In this document: positions 56,696 to 64,000 of the stretch, one piece after another | Layout: each line of letters starts with the position of its first letter | Position numbering within the stretch: position 1 is the stretch's first letter | NCBI GenBank assembly: GCA_963768055.1 | Contig: CAVYGN010000002.1 | Span: 256,001 to 320,000, forward strand | DNA: 64,000 nt | DNA from: an uncultured Spirochaetota bacterium | GTDB lineage: Bacteria; Spirochaetota; Brevinematia; Brevinematales; JAOACQ01 | Direction of reading: 5' to 3' | The notes under the pieces: model-generated | What the model saw: only the letters and a program-made list of their open reading frames with translations | Told to the model about the DNA's origin: nothing | The model's database searches: none | Translations under genes and position numbers: made by a program

Positions 56696-59560
56696 ATGAT
56701 AAGAAGATCGATGATCGTTTTTGCCGTAATGCTTTCCTGCTGCATATTTCATTCAAAAGACATTGAAATAAAGCCGATGCTTCATCTTAATACCTCCATG
56801 CACACCTCCGATATCTGGGGGCTTGACACGGATCAGCGCGGTAAATATGTCCTGACCGCTTCCCAGGATAAAACAGCAAGGCTCTGGGACACAAAAACAG
56901 GAGACCTTATAAGGATCTTCAGGCCTCCGATAGATACGGGAAGCGAGGGCATGCTTTACGCGGGGGCCATCTCCCCCGACGGAAAAACGGCCGCAGTAGG
57001 AGGATATACCGGTTATGACTGGACAGGCACATTCAATGTTTATATTTTCAACGCAAAAACCGGTGAATTAACCCATGAGCTGACAAATATTGACGAATCG
57101 CCTCAGAAAATCATCTATTCCCCCGACGGCAAATTTCTGGCCGTATGCCAGGGAAGAAAGGGCGGCGTATCGGTTTTCAATACTTCGGGCTGGTCTGAAA
57201 TACATCTAGGGGGATACGGGGACAAGGTCTTCGACGCCGTTTTTTATAAAAAAATGTTCGTTACCGTATCTTACGACGGCAAAATAAGGATTTACGACAT
57301 GGGCAAGCTTCCCCGCCCTGTCAAATCCGCCGTCCTGACTGGCGGTACCCAGCCCTGCAGCGTCGCGGTAAACCCTGACGGCAGCAAGATCGCTGTCGGC
57401 TACAGCGATGAGAACAGGATCCAGGTCCTGGACTTCGAATCCCTCGGCCTTCTTTATGAGCCTGACTGCACGGGAGGTTCCCAGATATATAACCTGTCAA
57501 GGGTCGCCTGGTCGCTCGATGGGAATTACCTTTACGCAGGCGGCAATTATATAGTTAAAATCAAAAACGAATGGTGGTGCCCTATCCGGATGTGGTCGGA
57601 AGGAGGCAAAGGGGAATACGATGAATCTCCGGCGGCTTACGGCTCTGTAAGAAATATAAAGGTACTTCCCGACAGCACTATCCTTTACAGCGGCTACGCC
57701 CCCGACTGGGGAAAAATGGACACTAACGGGAAAAAGTTGATATACAAAAGAGGGGAAATATTCCCGATGAATTCTTCCGACAGCGACTTCCTGAAAATCA
57801 AGGATGACGGCGAGGGCGTCAGCTTTACGCCGGTTGGAGGAATCCCTTATTCATTTTCGATACCGGACCGTAAACTCCTCGAAGGAGAGAGCATTTACAG
57901 CAATAACAGCCGGCCGGTCGAAGTGATGGAAATCAGCGATTTCGCTTATTCCACCGCTCCACGACTTAACGGCAAGATACTCAACATCCTTGACGACTAC
58001 GAGCATTCCAGATGCTACGCGGTGAATCCCTCAGGCGAATCCTTTCTTCTAGGAGCAGACTGGGACATTTATTATCTCGGTAAAAGCGGCGATATTATCT
58101 GGAAAAAGCAGGTTAACGCCGCCGTTTATTCCATAGGCATCGCGCAAACAAGGGAAATATTCGCCGCAGCTGTGGGGGACGGCACGATAAGGTGGTACAG
58201 GTTGAGGGACGGCATGGAACTTTTATCCCTTTATATAAACAGCGCCACGAAGAAATGGGTCCTCTGGACGCCTTCCGGCTACTACGATTGCTCAACCGGG
58301 GGCGACAATCTGATCGGATGGCATATTAATAACGGCCTTGAAAGGGCGGCGGACTTTTACCCGGCAAGCCGTTTCTCGGAAAAGTTCTACAGGCCGGATG
58401 TCATACCCCTGATATTCGATCATTATAACGACGAGTCGTTCGAGAACCTTGCCATAAACAATGCCACAAATGAAATAATGACTATACTGCCGCCGGTGGT
58501 TTCAATACTTTCGCCGGAAAACGGCGCAACGGTCGACAATCCCCGGGTAGAGCTTGTCATTAACGTGAGGACCCCTTTAAATACTAAAGTAATCGAGATC
58601 AAGACTCTGGTTAACGGCCGCCCTATAGCTAATAAAACAAAGGGGCTGACGGTTACCCCTGCAGGAAGGGAGGGTGAAACCGAGTCGATCGCCCTGACCC
58701 TTACCGGGGAAGTGAACGAAATTTCGGTCCTCGCCAGGAACGAAAACAGCTGGAGCGAACCCGCAACGATAAAAGTGACATACAGGAAGGGCGGTTCAGG
58801 CGAGGAATTCGTAATCAAGCCTAAGCTTTACCTTCTTGCGATAGGCGTCAGCCTTTACGACAACAAGGATATACGCCTGAAGTATCCGGCGAAAGACGCC
58901 GGCGATTTCGCACAGGCGATGATCCCTCAAAAGGGCGGCCTTTACAGGGATATTGAAGAAAAGATCTTAACAAATGAAAACGCAACGAAAGACAATATTT
59001 TAGACGCCCTGGATTGGATACAGAAGGAGACTACTTCCAAGGACGTGGCAATGATATTCCTTTCAGGACATGGAGTCGACGACGCCAATGGATTTTTCTA
59101 TTACCTGCCCGTAAACACGGACCTCGATAAACTGAAAAGGACCGCTGTACCTTTTACGGATATTAAAAACACAATAGCAAGCATTGCCGGAAAGACGGTC
59201 TTTTTCGTAGACGCCTGCCATTCCGGCAACATAATGGGGACAAGGAAGGGAATACCGGATATAAACGGGATAGTGAACGAACTTACATCAGCTGAAAACG
59301 GGGCCGTTGTCTTCACCTCGTCCACAGGCAACCAGTACTCGCTTGAATCCGACGAATGGGCGAACGGAGCCTTTACCAAGGCCCTCGTCGAAGGCTTGCG
59401 CGGAAAAGCGGACTATGATAAAACCGGAAGGATCACGATCAATATGATAGATCTGTACGTATCCGAAAGGGTCAAGGAATTGACCAAAGGTGCCCAAACC
59501 CCGTCGACGACTAAACCCCAGACGATACCGGATTTTCCCGTAGCTATCGAGAAAAAATGA
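56696..59560 (+). CDS. Secreted WD40-repeat protein with C-terminal caspase (peptidase C14) domain
   Basis: TASQDKTARLWD; FLSGHG and VDACHSG catalytic dyad; GAFTKALVEGL.G.AD; QTP. Confidence 0.9.
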   Translation: MIRRSMIVFAVMLSCCIFHSKDIEIKPMLHLNTSMHTSDIWGLDTDQRGKYVLTASQDKTARLWDTKTGDLIRIFRPPIDTGSEGMLYAGAISPDGKTAAVGGYTGYDWTGTFNVYIFNAKTGELTHELTNIDESPQKIIYSPDGKFLAVCQGRKGGVSVFNTSGWSEIHLGGYGDKVFDAVFYKKMFVTVSYDGKIRIYDMGKLPRPVKSAVLTGGTQPCSVAVNPDGSKIAVGYSDENRIQVLDFESLGLLYEPDCTGGSQIYNLSRVAWSLDGNYLYAGGNYIVKIKNEWWCPIRMWSEGGKGEYDESPAAYGSVRNIKVLPDSTILYSGYAPDWGKMDTNGKKLIYKRGEIFPMNSSDSDFLKIKDDGEGVSFTPVGGIPYSFSIPDRKLLEGESIYSNNSRPVEVMEISDFAYSTAPRLNGKILNILDDYEHSRCYAVNPSGESFLLGADWDIYYLGKSGDIIWKKQVNAAVYSIGIAQTREIFAAAVGDGTIRWYRLRDGMELLSLYINSATKKWVLWTPSGYYDCSTGGDNLIGWHINNGLERAADFYPASRFSEKFYRPDVIPLIFDHYNDESFENLAINNATNEIMTILPPVVSILSPENGATVDNPRVELVINVRTPLNTKVIEIKTLVNGRPIANKTKGLTVTPAGREGETESIALTLTGEVNEISVLARNENSWSEPATIKVTYRKGGSGEEFVIKPKLYLLAIGVSLYDNKDIRLKYPAKDAGDFAQAMIPQKGGLYRDIEEKILTNENATKDNILDALDWIQKETTSKDVAMIFLSGHGVDDANGFFYYLPVNTDLDKLKRTAVPFTDIKNTIASIAGKTVFFVDACHSGNIMGTRKGIPDINGIVNELTSAENGAVVFTSSTGNQYSLESDEWANGAFTKALVEGLRGKADYDKTGRITINMIDLYVSERVKELTKGAQTPSTTKPQTIPDFPVAIEKK

Positions 59561-59615
59561 CAGGGCTTTTACTGTAAAACCGCAGGGACGTTAAGGAGTT
59601 TGTGTAATTCCTTGT

Positions 59616-60161
59616 TTAAAAGCCGTATTTGGATTGCAACTCCACTACAACCTTGTTGTACTTTTCATGTATCATTTTCATATCGAATTCGTAGTATTCT
59701 TTAAGCTGAAGGTCAAGCTCCGCCGGGGTAAAATACTTTTCAGTATCGGGGAAAAACAAATCGTCCTCTTTACGAATATGAACAGGATAAAATTCGATAA
59801 GCCATGTCAAATGCCCCAGGATATCCTCGAGGGCTTTAAGATCCCCGTTGACATATCTCATTTTTGAATCGACAAGTTCGCCGACTGTTTTGCGCGCCCT
59901 ATTATGTTCGCCTATGAGGTCTTCCATCGATTTCCTGTCGCTATCGCTTAATTTTTTACTTTCCAGTTCTTTAAAGAGGATCCCCTCTTCCTTGCCATGA
60001 TGGGTCCGGTCGGCGTATGTCCTGATGAAATCAACCGCCGTATCTATGAAAACAGGATCGACTTTACCCTGCTTTTTAATATTGATCGATTCCTTGTCGA
60101 TTACAAAGAGCATCTTTTCTATCAGCCTGTGTTCGATCATAAGAAGGCCTCTCGGTTTCAT
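59616..60161 (-). CDS. Hemerythrin-domain protein
   Basis: EHRLI, HHGKEEGILF, EH...R, HIRKED..FFP. Confidence 0.88.
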   Translation of the reverse strand: MKPRGLLMIEHRLIEKMLFVIDKESINIKKQGKVDPVFIDTAVDFIRTYADRTHHGKEEGILFKELESKKLSDSDRKSMEDLIGEHNRARKTVGELVDSKMRYVNGDLKALEDILGHLTWLIEFYPVHIRKEDDLFFPDTEKYFTPAELDLQLKEYYEFDMKMIHEKYNKVVVELQSKYGF

Positions 60162-60754
60162 ACTTCCTCCATTATTTCAGCGAACATATATTTTGCTTCC
60201 ATAATAAAATCATCCTGCAGCATGACTTTTAAATAAACAGGGTTAAGTACGACAATATCCAATTTATTAGTCCAGCGGATATCAAGAGCGATACCTGGAA
60301 TATTCATATAGATATCTCTTTTCCAGTTTTGAAAATATTCTTCAAAACCGGAAGTTTTTGGAAATTTCTCTTTATCGAAGGCGTTAAAAAAAGTCATAAA
60401 ACGATTATTTATTTCATACGATCTATCCAGGTTATTTTTAATTATGCCGGGAAAGGCGGCAATGAATTTTTCATCGAATTTATACTTCACCTCGCAAAAA
60501 AATTCGTCAAGGTGGCTTGCGTTTAAGAGGAGCTGGTTTTTAGCGATAAGCTGAGAGCTTGTCGCCCAGTGCATCGATAATGGATAATCGTTATAACGCT
60601 TGTTCATATCCTTCGTCCAGTTCATAAAAACCACATCGTAATCCGTTGTGGAAGACTTATATCTTGAATAAAAATATTCGTTGAGTATATGGAATTCGCT
60701 TAAGATCTTCCTGATTATATCGATATAAACTCCAACCTGTATCAACATATGCAC
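60158..60754 (-). CDS. Hypothetical protein
   Basis: 198-aa ORF overlapping the hemerythrin start by 4 bp. Confidence 0.6.
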   Translation of the reverse strand: MHMLIQVGVYIDIIRKILSEFHILNEYFYSRYKSSTTDYDVVFMNWTKDMNKRYNDYPLSMHWATSSQLIAKNQLLLNASHLDEFFCEVKYKFDEKFIAAFPGIIKNNLDRSYEINNRFMTFFNAFDKEKFPKTSGFEEYFQNWKRDIYMNIPGIALDIRWTNKLDIVVLNPVYLKVMLQDDFIMEAKYMFAEIMEEV

Positions 60755-60813
60755 CGCCAGACTATTTTACATTCAAATGTGCCAATTTGCAATATTAAAA
60801 GCCACAATTCTAA

Positions 60814-61105
60814 GGAAGCCGTTCAAACAACATACTGTCTGTATGAAGTCAATTTTTATCGAGCAGCACTTGAGAGCTTGAGCCGTATCAGCTCAAAACG
60901 GCTGCAAGCGTAACTCAACCGCTCATTGAAAGTTTTTAAGCAAAGAAATATTTTTTTTATTATCAATTTAAATAATAAATACAATGAGCGGTCTCGGACA
61001 AAGCGCTTGCTTTTCGCCGTTTTTTCGCTGACGGCTTCTACGCTCTCTTCGTAAGGCTCGATAAAAATTGCTTCATAAAAGATTGTATATTGTTTCGAAT
61101 CCGGC
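60814..61105. mobile_element. MITE-like element, family A (inverted relative to the 18087 copy)
   Basis: GCCGTTCAAACAACA...ATGAAGTCAATTTTTATCGAGC paired with GCTCGATAAAAATTGCTTCAT; interior homologous to 18150-18300. Confidence 0.72.
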
Positions 61106-61201
61106 GTGAAAGTGAAGGACTTGCCTTTTCATCACCTTGTGTTTTTTTCAAAAAATAGTAATTAGGAAAATAATAATGTAAAATAATAAGGGAGAGGGAT
61201 C

Positions 61202-61648
61202 GTGAAAAAATTTGAATTCAAGCTTCAAAAGCTGCTTGAAATCAGGCAGAAAAAAGAGGACCAGGAGAAGATCGAACTCTCGAAAGCAAGCGGGGCTTAT
61301 CAATTCGTATTGAACAAAAAGGAAAAAATCCTTTCAAACGTCCAGAAAATGCTCGATGAGCTTAAAAAAAATAAAAACAATCTTTTACTGAAAGACCTGC
61401 AGGAATATGACAGGCTTGTAAAGAATTCGGAGGCATCCGTCGCCATGCTGGAGGATGAAATTGAGGAAAAACGGAAAATCATGCAGGAACATATAGACAA
61501 ATACTCGGCCCTGAAAAGGGAAAGGAAGGTCGTTGAAACCCTCAAGGAAAAGGCCTTGATAAGATATGAACTCGAAGCCGGCAGGGAAGAGCAAAAAGAG
61601 ACGGATGAAATCGGGCAGGACTTATTCCTTAGAAATAAAGAGAATTAA
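61202..61648 (+). CDS. fliJ: Flagellar export protein FliJ
   Basis: MKKFEFKLQKLLEIR; coiled coil; ERKVVETLKEK...EEQKETDE. Confidence 0.85.
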   Translation: MKKFEFKLQKLLEIRQKKEDQEKIELSKASGAYQFVLNKKEKILSNVQKMLDELKKNKNNLLLKDLQEYDRLVKNSEASVAMLEDEIEEKRKIMQEHIDKYSALKRERKVVETLKEKALIRYELEAGREEQKETDEIGQDLFLRNKEN

Positions 61649-61662
61649 ATAACTTCCGACAA
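61636..61662 (+). promoter_or_regulatory. sigma28-type internal promoter
   Basis: TAAA-N15-TCCGACAA upstream of the lytic transglycosylase gene. Confidence 0.5.
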
Positions 61663-61702
61663 TTAAAACAGGAGTATTGATTATTATTTAGAGGAGGGGA
61701 AA

Positions 61703-62404
61703 ATGCTTGAAAGTATAAGCGGCGTTTTCAACAGAATAAGCGAGATAAATTCGAGGATCGAGGAAATAAAGTCGATCGTGAAACGGCCTGAGACAAAACC
61801 TCTCGAACTGAAAAATAACGACGTAAAAGATGAAAATTCCCCCGATAATCAGAAATTCAGCGAAATTCTAAAACAGGTCCTTGAAGATAACAATACCCTG
61901 CCGGGCCGGGACAGCCTGCTTGATTACAACAAGGTAAATGAAGTCGTAGGGACAAGGAACGATTCAAAAGAACTTCTCAATTTGCTTTATAAAAAGGGTA
62001 TGAATAACGTTAACAGCGATGTAAACGGCATTATAGGAGACGCATCGGAATTATTTCATGTCGATAAATCCCTGATCAAGGCTGTAATTCAGCAGGAATC
62101 GGGCTTCAACCCGGAAGCGGTCTCCCCGAAGGGTGCGATGGGGCTTATGCAGCTTATGCCCCAGACGGCGGAGCTTCTCGGGGTCGGCAATCCATTCGAT
62201 ATAAAAGAAAATATCCTTGGAGGAACACGCTATCTCAAGGCGCTGTTGACAAAATATGACGGCGACCTGGACAAGACCCTTGCGGCGTATAACGCGGGGC
62301 CCGATTCGGTAGACAGATACGGCGGCATCCCTCCGTATGAGGAAACACAGGGGTATGTCAAAAATGTCCTCCAGTATTACAACGATTATAAAAATTTCAA
62401 GTGA
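61703..62404 (+). CDS. Soluble lytic transglycosylase (SLT)
   Basis: AVIQQESGFNP.AVS.KGAMGLMQLMP, LAAYNAGP, ETQGYV. Confidence 0.93.
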   Translation: MLESISGVFNRISEINSRIEEIKSIVKRPETKPLELKNNDVKDENSPDNQKFSEILKQVLEDNNTLPGRDSLLDYNKVNEVVGTRNDSKELLNLLYKKGMNNVNSDVNGIIGDASELFHVDKSLIKAVIQQESGFNPEAVSPKGAMGLMQLMPQTAELLGVGNPFDIKENILGGTRYLKALLTKYDGDLDKTLAAYNAGPDSVDRYGGIPPYEETQGYVKNVLQYYNDYKNFK

Positions 62405-62416
62405 CGGTCCTTCTCA

Positions 62417-62998
62417 ATGAATAGAAACAGGCGAATTATTTTCCTTCTTTTCATTAATCTTGGGCTGGCTTTCCTGTCAATCTATATACTGGATATTCTC
62501 CAGATAATCGATTACAGGCAGATCATAAACGAGGTCCCATTCCTGAGGGAATCCCCTTCCGCCAAGATCGAGGACCCTTACCTGCTCGAAAAGGTCGAAC
62601 TGGATAAAAAATGGCAGACGCTTGATGAGAGGATCAGGAATTTCGAGGAGGAAAAGAAAAAACTCGAGGAAGAATCGAGAAAAATAGAGATAGATAAGGA
62701 AAACGTCGCCAAGGATAAAGAAAACGTAAAGAATATGATCGATAATTTTCAAAAGGATAAAAATGAAAAGGATTCTTACGACAAAAGGGTAGACCAGGTC
62801 TCCATCCAGCTTGAAAATATGCCTCCGGAAGACGCGGTTAAGATACTCGGCAAGCAGGACGATATGATGATCATGGATATATTGAAAAGAATGGACGCCC
62901 GCGCACAGGAGGCAGGACGTTCCTCGCCTGTTTCCCACCTTCTCTCATTAATGGACCCGGACCAATCCGCCAGGATCCAGCGGAAAATGCTTCAATAA
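62417..62998 (+). CDS. flbB: FlbB/MotE-like periplasmic flagellar collar protein
   Basis: N-terminal TM, coiled coil, MPPEDAVKIL, S.VSHLLSLMDP..SARIQRKM; near fliJ. Confidence 0.65.
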   Translation: MNRNRRIIFLLFINLGLAFLSIYILDILQIIDYRQIINEVPFLRESPSAKIEDPYLLEKVELDKKWQTLDERIRNFEEEKKKLEEESRKIEIDKENVAKDKENVKNMIDNFQKDKNEKDSYDKRVDQVSIQLENMPPEDAVKILGKQDDMMIMDILKRMDARAQEAGRSSPVSHLLSLMDPDQSARIQRKMLQ

Positions 62999-63639
62999 TC
63001 CACTGCTTTAAGCCTGACATGTGCGAAGGCCCTGTAAAAATTAGCGGCGACATAATCTTTTTTGGAAAACCCTTCACCCCTGTCGATACGGAGATACGAA
63101 TTTATCGTATACAGATCGCCGTCGGAGAGTTTTACGGCATAAGTATCAGGATAATAAAGATTTAAACGGCTTTCTTCCACTCCGCGGTTCGCAAAATGGA
63201 TGAAATCAAGAGTATCGAATCTACCGTTCCCGACAACGATCCCGATATGGCTGAGAGGATTATTCCACCTCTTCCTGCCTTTTATATCGTATGTATTGTC
63301 AAAAAATACGATATCCCCGGGGTTCGCTATTTTTTCTTTATATACGAACCCGTATTTCTCAAGGCCGTCATAGAGCGTATCGACCCCGCCCCTTCCCTTT
63401 CCATAAGCAGTGTAGAGGTCGAAGCCCGCCCTGTAATAAACATAGTCGACGAAGCCTATGCAGTCGCTTGTAAAATGCTTTCCGTTAACCGGGGGAACGC
63501 TTTTAAGGCCTATCGAATCCCTTGCTATCTTGGCGACTTTTATATAGAAAGCGTCAACCCTGGGGTCCGACGGGTAGCATATCCCGCAAAAGAAAAAAAT
63601 CGTAATCGCAAATAAAATCCCTTTCATGTAATCCGCCAT
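62992..63639 (-). CDS. NlpC/P60-CHAP family amidase/peptidase
   Basis: SDCIGFV.YVY, PGDIVFFDNTYD, SHIGIV, FIH. Confidence 0.85.
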   Translation of the reverse strand: MADYMKGILFAITIFFFCGICYPSDPRVDAFYIKVAKIARDSIGLKSVPPVNGKHFTSDCIGFVDYVYYRAGFDLYTAYGKGRGGVDTLYDGLEKYGFVYKEKIANPGDIVFFDNTYDIKGRKRWNNPLSHIGIVVGNGRFDTLDFIHFANRGVEESRLNLYYPDTYAVKLSDGDLYTINSYLRIDRGEGFSKKDYVAANFYRAFAHVRLKAVDY

Positions 63640-63721
63640 ATGTATAACCCGCTTATTTATATCGACAATATACCTTAATTATATCACAAAAAAAGCTTTA
63701 CAAAAACAATCAATCTATATC

Positions 63722-63750
63722 TTGACAGAATCTTTTCCGGTCCATAAAAT
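63722..63750 (+). promoter_or_regulatory. sigma70-like promoter of acpP
   Basis: TTGACA-N17-TAAAAT. Confidence 0.6.
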
Positions 63751-63823
63751 GATGAATCTCGCTTTTTTCGGTTATATTTCAATACCGCAGGTCATGTTGT
63801 TATTTATATAGGAGGTTATTTTT

Positions 63824-64000
63824 ATGGCTGATGTTTTTGACAAGGTGAAGGAAATTATTGTTGACAAGCTTGGTGTCGATGAAACGGCCGTCAAGCTTGA
63901 GGCTTCGTTTATTGAGGATTTAGGTGCCGATTCCCTGGATATTGTCGATTTAATAATGGCTTTAGAAGAAGAATTCGGTGTTGATATTCCCGACGAGGAA
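63824..64000 (+). CDS. acpP: Acyl carrier protein (runs off window)
   Basis: [29 protein letters not shown]...[29 protein letters not shown]. Confidence 0.95.
   Translation, partial: MADVFDKVKEIIVDKLGVDETAVKLEASFIEDLGADSLDIVDLIMALEEEFGVDIPDEE

Noticed and set aside
59578..59600. AACCGCAGGGACGTTAAGGAG as another periodic arm
   Set aside because: Too short and degenerate to distinguish from chance.

Overview
Bacterial chromosomal window, probably from a spirochete-like organism (spirochete-style FlgF/FlgG rod protein, FliJ, FlbB-like collar protein). It mixes housekeeping genes (purC, ilvC, pyrC, mtnA, gcvT/H/PA/PB, nnr, gmhA, acpP) with signalling genes (LacI-sensor GGDEF, adenylate cyclase, PAS histidine kinases), transport genes (MgtA plus a PTS EIIA partner, ABC permeases) and many secreted or outer-membrane proteins. 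I saw no rRNA, tRNA, CRISPR array, transposase, integrase or reverse transcriptase. The most interesting signal is an unannotated layer of small elements. (1) Two AT-rich GxxExxY (PD-(D/E)xK-type) genes are each tightly bracketed by their own inverted repeats built from 9-bp periodic units, and orphan arms of similar type occur elsewhere in the window, suggesting a minimal nuclease-plus-IR mobile or RNA-looping cassette. (2) Two MITE-like families share GGGCNNTTCNAA ends. (3) A 66-bp palindromic/tandem element sits in frame inside a kinase gene with a 4-bp duplication. Several deletion scars (BrnT/antitoxin, GH13, lipoprotein/OMP chimera), two single-base frameshifts and a paralog pair with diverged lectin-like tips are also present. 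All calls come from reading the sequence; no searches were run.
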